Source: a virus
Lineage: Duplodnaviria > Heunggongvirae > Uroviricota > Caudoviricetes
Virus record (IMG/VR): IMGVR_UViG_3300028886_000029
Location: 110,007 to 174,006 of that record
DNA: 64,000 nucleotides
Direction: 5' to 3' (one strand)
The notes below the pieces were generated by a model that did no database searches, was not told the origin of the DNA, and saw only the letters and a list, made by a program, of their open reading frames with translations. Position 1 is the stretch's first letter. Each line of letters opens with the position of its first letter. Of this stretch, positions 28,065-39,274 are shown one piece after another. Both the position numbers and the translations under genes were made by a program.

Positions 28065-30727
28065 ATTCCGTTAAACAATTTATTATAAGTGGTTTTTTCA
28101 AAATTAACAGGGTCCCAACCCCAAACTTTATATTGGTTTAACACATTACTGACTCTTGACGTTGGTGGACTAAGCAAACCATACTCATTAATTGGGTCTT
28201 GTCTCTTTAAAAACAAATTCACATTTTTCTCAATGTAAAAACATCCGTTGGCAAATGGTCTGTCCGCAATGTCACTGTCTGTCGGCAATTCAGATGACGG
28301 AACAAATGACCTCCACACAAAACTATGTGAGTTCGGTAGATATTTAGCGTATGTCGGAACACCCTCATTTGTTTTCACTATATACACCTCTTTTCTTAAT
28401 AACCAACCTGCGACCTTACTCATGTTAATGTTGTCAGACGCAAAACTCACCTCACAACCATCAACACCAAACACATTTAACCAATAAATGTCACCTGTGT
28501 CAATATGATAGAAAGCGACAGTATCGTTCTTCACGAAACCATAATCAATGGATGTCCTTAAACTAACCACAGCAAGACTGACAGTCTCATTTTCCTCATT
28601 TTTAATTTGCTCAACACCCATACTTATCGTACCAGAATCATATTTGATATTGGTTCCGTTCACCTTGTTTTTGTTGTCTAATTCCTCCTGTAATTTAATT
28701 TTTGTGAAAGGATTATAAAAGTATCCTTCAGGATTTAAATTGCCGTAAAATGTCTTATTTCTAACTGTGGCGATATTGGATGATGAGACTGTGAACTCAC
28801 TCACAACATTGTCGTTCTCATCCTTTGTCACACCCACATCATAATCATCATAAAGCAACCTGTCGTATATAACCTGTCCAAATTTATCATCTTTATAATG
28901 TTCCCTTTGTGCGGTGTTAAATCTTTGCTCAACAAAACAAATGACATTTTCCTTATAATTGTAAACATCAAACTCAATTATGTCACCATACCAAAACTCA
29001 TCATCAATCGTTATCGCTGATTGTATTGGTTTAATCTCTTTCAGGTTTTCAAAGACAATTTTGTTACCGCTGTCTGATGTAAATGTTTTGACATCTATGT
29101 TGTGTAATTTCCTGACATTATAATCATCAACATCAGGCAACATGTCAATACCGCTTGTGACATCACCGAAACAATGGGAAAACTCAATGTCTTCAGTATT
29201 TGTTATACCCTCATCGTACCATTTCTCATGTCCCTTGTTTCTTTTGATGACCGTAAAATACATATCAGATATTGTTCTGCCTTTCTCATCAAGCAAACCC
29301 TCAACATCAACGGTATCAGTGAAAACAACCTGCGCAATCCTATCACCGTAAATATTTTCACCGTAAGCCATTTTATTGACAACACTGATAAGGTCATCAC
29401 CGTTAATATTTTTAATTTTTTTGAATTTTCTTAAATAATATTCACAGTCATACCCCACCACATTTTTCTTATAATAAAAAATCGGTGTTTTACCGTCTTT
29501 GGTTACTATGTTGTTGTCATCGTCCAAATCAAATTTACTTGTGATTTCACTGAATCTGAATGAAAAATACCTATCGGTCTCATTTCCCTCATAATCACCG
29601 GTTGTCAACACATTGATTTTATTGGGTAATTTATTAAGAACACCATCAACCAAATAATATAGTGTAATATAATCACCCGCTTTTATTGTTGTTTTTAATA
29701 CCGATTCCAGTCTAACCAACTTGTTTCCTGTACTTGAATAGGTTAGTTTCGCTGACTGCACCTTTATTGAACCCCCACCGTTGTTCGTAGTCAAATCCTC
29801 ATCCAATCCCATAATAACATTTAACATCCTGACATCTTTCTCATATGGGTAAGATAAGCAATAATCCCAATTTTTCTCAATCCTATGTCTATATTTGTTT
29901 ACTTTCGGTATAAACGAATACAGACTTCTGTCTGGATACAAATCAATCAACTCACAAGGTTTATTGTTGTTCATCACCTTGTTTATTGATATTTCCGTAT
30001 CCTCATTATCCTTGTTTTTAACTATGGCATTTGGTATAGCGATATTTGTTGTGTTATAAAAACCATACCAACCATCCTTTTCCTTAAGATTTTCAATAAA
30101 AGCATCATAAAAACTCATTACAGTATCATATTGGTAAATGTGGACATTTGATTTCTCACCATCAACATCCGTTAAGGAAACAACTTCCTTAACCTCATTA
30201 CCGTCATTGTCTCTCACCACATCACTCAACGTGTTAAAAATACCGTTTTTCCTTTTTGTTTTGTTAATATAAACAAAATCGTTTTTCCTTAACATATGGT
30301 TATTGAAAATATCAAAACCACAATGATAAACATAAGGTTCACCATTGTCTTTCGCATATAAATCAGGATGTGTGTACTCAGTGTCTCTTAATGCCTGTTT
30401 CCAATCAAATGTTGTTGTGTTAACCGCCTGACCTGCGTTTCCCACTTTATTACCAACCAATAACTCACAGTTGTCTGACCCCTCATATCTAACAACCTCA
30501 GTCCTAGTGTTAAACAAAACATTACTACAAATGGGATTGACCGCCAGTATAACCCTATATTTTGTACACTCATTCCTTTCTTTTGTATACAAATCATTTA
30601 AACTTAAAACATCATTTGTGCTGTTATAAGGTAATAATCTGGCTTTAGAGGATAAATCCACACCTAAATGGATATCCTCATTAACCGATTTCTTACTTCT
30701 GTTTTTTTCTAAAAAAATGTTTCTCAT
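28055..30727 (-). CDS. Putative structural/baseplate protein
   Basis: 890-aa ORF; operon context. Confidence 0.6.
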   Translation of the reverse strand: MRNIFLEKNRSKKSVNEDIHLGVDLSSKARLLPYNSTNDVLSLNDLYTKERNECTKYRVILAVNPICSNVLFNTRTEVVRYEGSDNCELLVGNKVGNAGQAVNTTTFDWKQALRDTEYTHPDLYAKDNGEPYVYHCGFDIFNNHMLRKNDFVYINKTKRKNGIFNTLSDVVRDNDGNEVKEVVSLTDVDGEKSNVHIYQYDTVMSFYDAFIENLKEKDGWYGFYNTTNIAIPNAIVKNKDNEDTEISINKVMNNNKPCELIDLYPDRSLYSFIPKVNKYRHRIEKNWDYCLSYPYEKDVRMLNVIMGLDEDLTTNNGGGSIKVQSAKLTYSSTGNKLVRLESVLKTTIKAGDYITLYYLVDGVLNKLPNKINVLTTGDYEGNETDRYFSFRFSEITSKFDLDDDNNIVTKDGKTPIFYYKKNVVGYDCEYYLRKFKKIKNINGDDLISVVNKMAYGENIYGDRIAQVVFTDTVDVEGLLDEKGRTISDMYFTVIKRNKGHEKWYDEGITNTEDIEFSHCFGDVTSGIDMLPDVDDYNVRKLHNIDVKTFTSDSGNKIVFENLKEIKPIQSAITIDDEFWYGDIIEFDVYNYKENVICFVEQRFNTAQREHYKDDKFGQVIYDRLLYDDYDVGVTKDENDNVVSEFTVSSSNIATVRNKTFYGNLNPEGYFYNPFTKIKLQEELDNKNKVNGTNIKYDSGTISMGVEQIKNEENETVSLAVVSLRTSIDYGFVKNDTVAFYHIDTGDIYWLNVFGVDGCEVSFASDNINMSKVAGWLLRKEVYIVKTNEGVPTYAKYLPNSHSFVWRSFVPSSELPTDSDIADRPFANGCFYIEKNVNLFLKRQDPINEYGLLSPPTSRVSNVLNQYKVWGWDPVNFEKTTYNKLFNGICQ

Positions 30728-30741
30728 CCCATGTTTTTTTA

Positions 30742-33700
30742 TTAATTAATTTCCGGATATATCCTAATCAATTTCATATTAGTTTTTCCATCCTCACTCA
30801 ACATCTCTTTCTTATATGCGACAACATAGTCGTTCGCACCAACAGTTCCCAAAGTGAAAGGCTCACCATAAGTAATAGGCAACACAGTTCCCAAGTCAAT
30901 TCCTTCTTCAATATCATCTATGTAATCCTTGAAACCACCACCTCTATTGTTTGTCGTGTATTTTTTAATCAAAACCAATTTTTGCTCATTCAATTTTTCT
31001 TTCACTAATCCCCCATCAGGTGTCTCCAATTGGTTAAGCAGGACAGATAAGACTTTATTCGCTATATAAATAATACCTGTTGTTGTCATACCACTTTCAT
31101 CAATGTAATTGTAAGTGAAAACAGTATCAAGACCCACAGTAGCAGCCGTAACTGTCACCAATGAACCAACCTCATTGTAGCCTGTCGTGTCAAATCCGTT
31201 TCCTATTTTACAAACAATATAAGCACCATTGTCACTTATTTGCTTGTAAACATAACCGTTCTCAACCAACGGCATCGCAATGTTCTTCACCAAATAATAC
31301 TTATCTTCTTCCGTGTCATTAGTATCATTGGTAAATATTGTCCTACCGCCATCGGTTTTCTTGATAATACGATTGGCACAGTTTATTGTCTCACCTTGTG
31401 ACACTGTTATAGGTGTAATACCAAAAGGTTGTATTTGTTCCTCAGTAAGACCTGTAGGCACACCTTCTGTTATAGAATAATCAAATCCCTCAACAAGTTC
31501 AACATCATTGTCAATGTTGTCAACATAATATGTTGACTTCGTGATAGGATATTCCAAATCACTTGTTCTCTCATCAATATCAATTGGAACACCGTTAAAT
31601 GTTGTCTCACCAAATTTACCCCTATATGTCAAACCATTATAAATGTCCATTCTAAACAAATACCTTTCATTACCATAACCCAAATCATTACTCTCACTAA
31701 CATATGGACTAACCCAATCCATAACATATGATTCCACATAGAAAGGTTTGTACATCACCGGATAACTGAACGTCTTATGCCATGATAAAGTATCACCCAC
31801 ACTTAACATCTCACCCTCATATCTGAATGTGTTTCCACCTAAGCCAACACCACAAATAATACTACCATAAACAGTTTTGAATATATATCCGGTATTTGTG
31901 CTAAATCCACCACCATTGGTTGTCACAACATAGTAATCACCCCTGTCAACAACATCACTAACAGTCACATCACCTTCCTTTGGAGATGCCACAACACCGT
32001 CATTAACAACCATCTCATTAAAGTTCGCCCTCACGTTGGTGTTATCTTTCCATGTTGGTATAATACTGCTGTCATCTATGGCACCTTCATATGTGTCATC
32101 CTCATAGTAGTAACCATTGACCAGTTCAGCACCATTATTTGTCTCAATCTCAGGTTGTCCGAACAATACCGTGTCCATTTGAGTGTCATATAATGTGTTT
32201 GCACCAAACACATTGTTTTTGTAATATTCTGTATCAATCTCAGTTCTTCTGAAAACAGCGTATCTTTTTAACCAATTGTCAACACCACCTCTGTCAGAAC
32301 CAATGTCGTTCCACCAACCATCATCCCATGTTGACAACTTTGTGCTATATGGGAAATAGTAAGACCCAAGGAAAAGGTCAACACTGTCAATGCCCTCAAT
32401 CAAATAACTGCCGTTAAGATATGGTTTATTGCATTTGTTCCATAAATATAAATCATATTTCACACCTGTCTTCCACAAATATACCCTTAAACCACCGTTT
32501 TCAGTCATAGCTGTCTGTGGTGTGACAACAGACCCCATTGTCACACCAGGAACACTGTTACCACAATAAGACTCCACAACACCCCACTTGTTTTTCTGAA
32601 CTAATGTTACCCTGATATTATCCGGTGCAACATCATCAAACGTAACATCATCAATGTCAATATAACCGTTACTAAGTTCTTTGGCTTTGTTTGACACCGC
32701 ATTATAATCCATACCTGTTGTTTTGAACTCAAAATCCTTGGTTGTCACAATAGCGTTTATTGAGCCACTACCTAAAACGATTGTCTGTTTAGATTCCACC
32801 AGATTGTCATCAATCGCAATAAATGTATATGAACCAAACGGTAAGGTCAAATCCTGAACCTCATATAATCCACCGTTTTGTGTTATTTGGTTAGGGGCAA
32901 TGGTAACAGTCTGTTTCACATTATTACTGTCATAATACTCATAACTAATTTTAAGACCGTCAACAGCGTCACTACCATATAGTTTAACAACAGATGTCAA
33001 CGCACAGGTATCAGGTGTGTCAGACACATTTAATTTAAGACTTTTTTTCAATATACTTCTGTTCTCACACACAGAGAAAAATTGTTTGTTGAACTCATCA
33101 AACGCAGTTGAACCGTTTCTTAAACCAAAATAAAAATAAAATGAGTTCTCATATTGCGGTAAAGAATAACCGTTGTTTACTATTAAAAACCTTTTTGCTT
33201 GCTCATTAAGACTAAGGTCTTCCAACCCCATTCTGAACTTATAATAATCAACACTTCCGTTTTCTATTGTTCTTGTATATGTCTCACCTGTCTCATTTAT
33301 ATCCTCATCACTGTCCCTTGCGATGTTTCCACCCAATGTGTTATACTCATCTGTTATTTCAAGCCTTGTGTTGTAGTTATCATCCCTATTAATCTTATCA
33401 GCCAACACCCCATCAAAACCAGCGTTTCTCAAATAAACAAAATCATAAACAGGATAGCCTGTCCTGTCATCAACCTTGTCCTTACATAATAATCTCCTAT
33501 GGTTCATAGTGGCAAACATCGTCCTGAACTCAGAACCATTAATTTCATCGTTCGCAATAAAACCTGTCGGAACAAAATATCTTGCGTTGAAAACATAACC
33601 ACCGTTACTTTCCTCCACACTTCTAATCTCTTCCCTTCTTTGTGACTCATTGGAACCAACCTCACATATCCTTTGAAGATTTACACATGACTTGATATTC

Positions 33701-36474
33701 GTCTCAGAGTTTGTACATGATATACCAAGGAAATGGCCACCAGGGAAATAAAGACTTTTTTTAACATTATCACTCTTTTCCCCCTGACCAGGCCCCGTAT
33801 AATTCCATGCGATACCTGCCGCCTCAGTTAACGGAATTGTGTCGTCAAAAACAACGCTACCATTATCATCCTCATTGGTTCCATACATAATCATGTTATT
33901 TTCCTCAGATGTTGTTGAATAATATGTCTGTGTACCACTGAAACTGACATTGACTTTCTCTAATTTATATTTGTTGATATCAGCCTCTGTCATTTGTTCC
34001 AATTCTGTCGGTTCTGGACGGGTACCGTTACATATCGTGCCTTTTTCGTCAGCGTACAATTGTCCATCATCATCCATATTGGTCAACGCCAAATTTGTCG
34101 GCATTATATAGGATGAACTGGTTAAATACTTAAATGCTTGTGGTACACCATACATGTTACAGTCCAATAACGAACCCAGTAATACTATATCATTGGCAAA
34201 CAATATTGTTTTTTTACCATTACTATTTCTCCACTCACATGGTTTAAGATAATAGACATATTGCTGTTTCATTGTCTGTGTCTCATGAACAATTCCACCA
34301 TTACCTGAATACCCACTATTTTTACCACCAAAAATCGTATATCTTAACTTACCGCTTGCCTTATGACATTTTTGTTTTTTACCATTAGCTTTGGTACAAC
34401 CATTTGAGGTCGTAACCTTGTTTATCATATTACCCTTGTAAGCGTAAGACAAGGCACATTGTTGGACATAAAACCTTGATTTTTTAAACACGCTTGTGTC
34501 ATCAGAACAAGCCTTAATTTTTTGTTTAATGTTAATAAGTCCGAAAAGCAAATTTCTTTTTTTCCTTATAAACCTCATCCACCTTGGCATATAGATGACA
34601 CCGTTAACCCAATCATTATAAAAATCAAAATTAATGACTTTATACTCTTGTGCCAACGCCATCTCAATACAAGAAATAAGGTAATCTGTCTTGATGGTCA
34701 AACAAATATTATCACCCCCATCATTGTTAACCGTATCTGTAGAGTGCTCATCAAACAATTTGGGGTCATTGTCCTCACCCCCATTCGTGAGGTTTTCTAA
34801 TGTTTGTTTTAAAACATTTAATTGATAATCCCCCTTTTTTCCTTTAACATTAATGTCTTTTATGAGAGGTTTCTTTACCGGCGCAAAGTACCAATTTTCC
34901 AAATCAGGACACAAACCGTCAGCAATTGTTATATATCTATATTTTTTCAAACTTTGGGAATCAAACTTACCGGCAATTAAAGGTAACCTGGAAATTGCGG
35001 TAAGAATATTTAACAAAACATTAGTGACATTGTTAATGACATAAACAATCCTGATGTAAGATTTAATCAACGCACACAAAATAGTGAACATCAAAGGCAA
35101 TTTAATCCTGATGTTGTTATATGGCATTGGATTATTGTTACCGTATATGTTACAATGCTTAATACCTGTGAATCTTTCGGTTCTGACATTCCTGCTTTTT
35201 TGAAACCTTGGTATGTATGATTTAACTGTGTAGACATTGTTCCACATCAAGTCCCTGAAAGAATCCTCTTTGGTATTTGTACCAAACTCATAGTCATATT
35301 CCTCATGCATCGCACTATTTCCACTGAAACTCTGTGGATTGTGTGGTACAAGCACTTTCGCCCTAAAATAATTGTCGGTGTTTATCTCATTGTCTTGCAT
35401 TGAGATTCTAAATCTCACCCTTGTCCTTGTCGGTATTCCCTTGTCAGGGTCATCCGTGGGAACCATATTACCATATTCATCCGTCATCATATAATCCAAA
35501 TTCATTGGAATCTGATAACACCACACACCGTTTCCGTCAATTAATTGCGTTCCTTTAATTTGAAACTCCTCAACATCACCACCAGGTGTTTTCCTAATCA
35601 TTTCTATAGTACCCTCACCTGTGGTTAACTCATCCATGGCACCCATTTGATTTGTGGGAACACATTTTTTACTTATACCGTTAGATGAGTTATCTGCGAC
35701 AACCGAACCGATAAACACACATGTAGGTTCAAACTTAAAAGCCACATTTATATCAGCCCTTGTGATACCGATGCTCTCACCATTTTCCGTATTCCCCCAA
35801 AAAGGAATAACATTAACCGCTTGGTTTTGTGAGAATATCTGGCTTAAACTATCCAAATTAGTACTAGTCTTAAATTGGTTCGGATTTTCGAATTGCTCAA
35901 TGGTATAACCCTTGTAAACAAAATCCCTTGGTCTCTGTGACAACATGCCGCAATCAGATAAGTCCAAGTCCATATGTATGGTCTGATTACCGACAGGCAC
36001 ACCCATTATAATATAATCACCTGAACTGTTTGTCCTTGTCGTATAAACATAATATTTATCAAAAACCTCAATAAGAACATCATTGTCAAGTAAATAAGTT
36101 TTGTTAGGAAAAGAACCGACAACTTGGTGACAGTTGTCAACATTGTTATCAGGCAACAAATTATATCTCACACCATCACCGTTTTTTGACGATGTGCTTG
36201 TATACGGATAAACAGTGTTCACCATTTCACTGCTTTCGAAATCACCCTCAATGAAAACACTTATCTTGGCGTTTGGAATACCGAAACTCTCATTGGCCAA
36301 AACCCTACCTGCGATAACCCCATAGTTTGAACTATGAAGTTTGTACATGTCAGATGACTTTAATTTCAAAGATAATATTTCAAATGAATCATATGTCTGG
36401 TCTAAATTAACCGAGACATATGAATCACCATTAACATTTGTCCTAATCCTTAAACTTTTATTGTTGTCACTCAT
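30742..36474 (-). CDS. Very large baseplate/tail-associated protein (1910 aa) with an N-terminal carboxypeptidase-regulatory-like Ig unit
   Basis: GRVLANESFGIPNAKISVFI pattern; Cys-rich central part; hydrophobic segment LPLMFTILCALIKSYIRIVYVI; lies next to the gp6-like gene. Confidence 0.55.
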   Translation of the reverse strand: MSDNNKSLRIRTNVNGDSYVSVNLDQTYDSFEILSLKLKSSDMYKLHSSNYGVIAGRVLANESFGIPNAKISVFIEGDFESSEMVNTVYPYTSTSSKNGDGVRYNLLPDNNVDNCHQVVGSFPNKTYLLDNDVLIEVFDKYYVYTTRTNSSGDYIIMGVPVGNQTIHMDLDLSDCGMLSQRPRDFVYKGYTIEQFENPNQFKTSTNLDSLSQIFSQNQAVNVIPFWGNTENGESIGITRADINVAFKFEPTCVFIGSVVADNSSNGISKKCVPTNQMGAMDELTTGEGTIEMIRKTPGGDVEEFQIKGTQLIDGNGVWCYQIPMNLDYMMTDEYGNMVPTDDPDKGIPTRTRVRFRISMQDNEINTDNYFRAKVLVPHNPQSFSGNSAMHEEYDYEFGTNTKEDSFRDLMWNNVYTVKSYIPRFQKSRNVRTERFTGIKHCNIYGNNNPMPYNNIRIKLPLMFTILCALIKSYIRIVYVINNVTNVLLNILTAISRLPLIAGKFDSQSLKKYRYITIADGLCPDLENWYFAPVKKPLIKDINVKGKKGDYQLNVLKQTLENLTNGGEDNDPKLFDEHSTDTVNNDGGDNICLTIKTDYLISCIEMALAQEYKVINFDFYNDWVNGVIYMPRWMRFIRKKRNLLFGLINIKQKIKACSDDTSVFKKSRFYVQQCALSYAYKGNMINKVTTSNGCTKANGKKQKCHKASGKLRYTIFGGKNSGYSGNGGIVHETQTMKQQYVYYLKPCEWRNSNGKKTILFANDIVLLGSLLDCNMYGVPQAFKYLTSSSYIMPTNLALTNMDDDGQLYADEKGTICNGTRPEPTELEQMTEADINKYKLEKVNVSFSGTQTYYSTTSEENNMIMYGTNEDDNGSVVFDDTIPLTEAAGIAWNYTGPGQGEKSDNVKKSLYFPGGHFLGISCTNSETNIKSCVNLQRICEVGSNESQRREEIRSVEESNGGYVFNARYFVPTGFIANDEINGSEFRTMFATMNHRRLLCKDKVDDRTGYPVYDFVYLRNAGFDGVLADKINRDDNYNTRLEITDEYNTLGGNIARDSDEDINETGETYTRTIENGSVDYYKFRMGLEDLSLNEQAKRFLIVNNGYSLPQYENSFYFYFGLRNGSTAFDEFNKQFFSVCENRSILKKSLKLNVSDTPDTCALTSVVKLYGSDAVDGLKISYEYYDSNNVKQTVTIAPNQITQNGGLYEVQDLTLPFGSYTFIAIDDNLVESKQTIVLGSGSINAIVTTKDFEFKTTGMDYNAVSNKAKELSNGYIDIDDVTFDDVAPDNIRVTLVQKNKWGVVESYCGNSVPGVTMGSVVTPQTAMTENGGLRVYLWKTGVKYDLYLWNKCNKPYLNGSYLIEGIDSVDLFLGSYYFPYSTKLSTWDDGWWNDIGSDRGGVDNWLKRYAVFRRTEIDTEYYKNNVFGANTLYDTQMDTVLFGQPEIETNNGAELVNGYYYEDDTYEGAIDDSSIIPTWKDNTNVRANFNEMVVNDGVVASPKEGDVTVSDVVDRGDYYVVTTNGGGFSTNTGYIFKTVYGSIICGVGLGGNTFRYEGEMLSVGDTLSWHKTFSYPVMYKPFYVESYVMDWVSPYVSESNDLGYGNERYLFRMDIYNGLTYRGKFGETTFNGVPIDIDERTSDLEYPITKSTYYVDNIDNDVELVEGFDYSITEGVPTGLTEEQIQPFGITPITVSQGETINCANRIIKKTDGGRTIFTNDTNDTEEDKYYLVKNIAMPLVENGYVYKQISDNGAYIVCKIGNGFDTTGYNEVGSLVTVTAATVGLDTVFTYNYIDESGMTTTGIIYIANKVLSVLLNQLETPDGGLVKEKLNEQKLVLIKKYTTNNRGGGFKDYIDDIEEGIDLGTVLPITYGEPFTLGTVGANDYVVAYKKEMLSEDGKTNMKLIRIYPEIN

Positions 36475-36477
36475 TTT

Positions 36478-36720
36478 CTAAGCCTGTCTTAATGTCAAAT
36501 TCTTGATTTTTATTGTCTTTTTTTTTCCAAATAACGCGGTTCCTAAAACATGTAAAACCATTATGGGTAAAATTGGAACAATTAAAATATATAACCAAAT
36601 CTTTTTGAAAAACTCACCTATTTTAAATTTTAACATCGTGGGTTTTGAGACCGGTATGTTATGCCCATATTTTTTATGAAGATAATCTATCTGTTTATTA
36701 ACCTTACACGCACACGCCAT
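36478..36720 (-). CDS. Small membrane protein (MACAC...)
   Basis: 80 aa; CxC N-terminus and hydrophobic WLYILIVPILPIMVLHVLG. Confidence 0.7.
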   Translation of the reverse strand: MACACKVNKQIDYLHKKYGHNIPVSKPTMLKFKIGEFFKKIWLYILIVPILPIMVLHVLGTALFGKKKTIKIKNLTLRQA

Positions 36721-36722
36721 AA

Positions 36723-38681
36723 TTATATTGTTTTACATCTTACTTGTATGTCTTTCTCAGGCTGTCTTATTTCGAGTAATGAGTCATTATCAGCAAGAAC
36801 CATATAATCACTTGCGTCCAAATCAAGTTCAATCGCTTTCGCTGTGCTGTCCGCACTGTATGACATTGACTCACCCTTGGTTTCCTGTTTTGTCATTGTC
36901 TTGGAATAACCACCTGAATAAACATTATATATCCTTATGTCAATCAAGTTAAGAACACCATCAACTGACGAAATCGCCCTCTTAATGTCCCCAACGAACA
37001 TATCATCACCCATATTGTGTTTGTTGATGTCCATATAGTCAGTTATTGTGGAAATTATACCGGCCATAACATCAGCCTTGTTGTAGTTCCTGTCAACAAA
37101 AACATCAACCTCAAAAGACAAGTTAATTATCCTTCCTGACTTGATTTCAACATAGTCGTTTATTGTCCTATACTCAGCCAAATAATCCCTTATGTTCTCA
37201 ACCAATGCGGTCGGAAGTGTGTCATCCAATTTTCCGTTGTTGTTCAAACCAAGCAAGTTCAACATTATCTTGTTGTTTTCCTCACTTGCGCTGACCCTGA
37301 AAGGCGTACCATATTTCGGTGGCATCTGTAACACCCTACTCACATAATCCTTCACCGTAACACATCTGTTTTGCGCGCCACTGTTGTATTTAATCAAATA
37401 TTTCAACTCCTCAGGCGTGGGCATATCCTTACCTGATACTGACGGTGTGGTACTCTTTACCTTGATACTCTGTCTCACAGCATCAGATATCGCCCTCTCA
37501 CTACCACCAATCTCACTGTTCAAATAACCGATATTATTAATGGCACCTGCCGCAACATTACTCACTTTTCCACCACCAACTCTATAAAGAACAAAAATCG
37601 TTGAGTTTTCCCTTGGCAAATACCCCAAAGAGTCGTTTCTGATTATTCTTGAAATCTGAAATTTGGAAAATGGCTTCGCATCAGACAAATCAACGGAATC
37701 AGATGTACTGTCCAATCCTGAACCGAAAGTTATTTTCAAATAACCCTTGTCAGTAAACTCAGTGATGAATTTGTTATGTATGTTTTTCCATTCTCCCCTG
37801 ACAATTGAATATGTCGGAACACAATTATTGTTTGCATCAACATATCCGTAAAGATACGGCTCACCACCGTTTTTCTCTTCGTTCACACCCCAAATCTTCT
37901 GTTGGGCTAATGACTCAACCTCAAAAAACCTCTTTGTACCACAATCATTACCGTTCTTATCCTTAATATCCTCATTGTTGGAATAAAATTCACCATAAGA
38001 CGGATTCGAATATAGGTTAATACCGTCCTTAACCACAATGGACTCCACATTCATGACATTGGTGTCAGGCAACACGATTTCCATAAACGGTTTAATATCA
38101 CTTGCGACCACCGCTTTCTTGTAAATCCTTGTCTCACCTGCGACAACAACAGCCAATTTACCAATCTTATAGCCAACAACAATGTTGTTTGAGTCAAACC
38201 TTGGTGTTATTGTTCTGTCTGAATTACCATTATTGTCAAACTGTTTACCAAAATCAACATCATCCAACAACTCAAATGTCTGTGAACCAGCGTTCAGTTT
38301 CGTTCCCCTTCTTATAATCGGCGCATATTGCCAATCAGGACCGATATCACCTTTAGGTGGTAACAGGCAAGTGAACTCAACCTCAGCCATTGACCCTTTT
38401 CTACCAGGAACCTTAAACCCATTGTTTCTTGCCAATGAATACAATGAACCCCTCTCAGCGGCGGTGTCAATGTTGGTTTCCTGATATACCCTATCAATGT
38501 GATAACTCAAATTGTCAGCGATATCAGCGTTCATGTCCACAAGCCATGACCCCACAGAAGCGTCATTCCCTAAATCAAAATCCAAATCAGGATAATATTT
38601 CTTTGAGAACTCTATCAAAGCGTTCCTGTAATCATTATAATCCCTGTTTAAATAACTTATACCTTTTGTTTGTGTAGCCAT
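36723..38681 (-). CDS. Baseplate wedge subunit (T4 gp6 / baseplate-J-like)
   Basis: YLNRDY...L start; RVYQETNIDTA.ER.SLYSLARNNG; YRVGGG; QNRCVTVKDY, all typical of gp6-like proteins. Confidence 0.85.
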   Translation of the reverse strand: MATQTKGISYLNRDYNDYRNALIEFSKKYYPDLDFDLGNDASVGSWLVDMNADIADNLSYHIDRVYQETNIDTAAERGSLYSLARNNGFKVPGRKGSMAEVEFTCLLPPKGDIGPDWQYAPIIRRGTKLNAGSQTFELLDDVDFGKQFDNNGNSDRTITPRFDSNNIVVGYKIGKLAVVVAGETRIYKKAVVASDIKPFMEIVLPDTNVMNVESIVVKDGINLYSNPSYGEFYSNNEDIKDKNGNDCGTKRFFEVESLAQQKIWGVNEEKNGGEPYLYGYVDANNNCVPTYSIVRGEWKNIHNKFITEFTDKGYLKITFGSGLDSTSDSVDLSDAKPFSKFQISRIIRNDSLGYLPRENSTIFVLYRVGGGKVSNVAAGAINNIGYLNSEIGGSERAISDAVRQSIKVKSTTPSVSGKDMPTPEELKYLIKYNSGAQNRCVTVKDYVSRVLQMPPKYGTPFRVSASEENNKIMLNLLGLNNNGKLDDTLPTALVENIRDYLAEYRTINDYVEIKSGRIINLSFEVDVFVDRNYNKADVMAGIISTITDYMDINKHNMGDDMFVGDIKRAISSVDGVLNLIDIRIYNVYSGGYSKTMTKQETKGESMSYSADSTAKAIELDLDASDYMVLADNDSLLEIRQPEKDIQVRCKTI

Positions 38682-38684
38682 ATA

Positions 38685-39077
38685 TTATATGTTAATTTTT
38701 ACTCCAACACTTGTTGATTCAAGTTTATTTCCTTTCTTGATACCATATTTCACAATAATAATCATACTATGCTCATCATTCTCATCTTTACTGAAACTGA
38801 TGTCATTAAAAAGCACACCATTAACGTATTTGCCAATGTCCTCAGTCAATGATTTTTTAAGTGACTCAAATGTCATGTCGTCACTCGGTGAAAATATGTA
38901 CTTTATCAAATCAGTTCCGAAATCAGGATTTCTTAATCTCTGCCCTTTGGGTGTGAACAACACATGCAAAACCTCTGACTTAACCCTATCAGTCATGTTC
39001 TTGTCCAAATCCAAAAACACCTCCTCATCATTATTGGATGAGAACGGATATGTAATACCAAATTTTTTCGTCAACAT
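38685..39077 (-). CDS. Baseplate wedge subunit, gp25-like
   Basis: GITYPF...VLFTPKGQRLRNPDFGTDL signature, adjacent to the gp6-like gene. Confidence 0.9.
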   Translation of the reverse strand: MLTKKFGITYPFSSNNDEEVFLDLDKNMTDRVKSEVLHVLFTPKGQRLRNPDFGTDLIKYIFSPSDDMTFESLKKSLTEDIGKYVNGVLFNDISFSKDENDEHSMIIIVKYGIKKGNKLESTSVGVKINI

Positions 39078-39274
39078 ATTTTTTCGTTTAACAATAAATA
39101 GTTTAACTGATATTTTTCCTTAAAAATAATATAAGGTTTTTAAAAGAAAAAGTGAAGAAAAATACATGCTAATTTTGGTTTTTACTTAGTCATATACTAT
39201 TTAATAGTATATAACTGTCCTCATTGTAAAATTAGATACAGTCATTTAAAATAAAGGTTTGAGTAAAAAAACAT

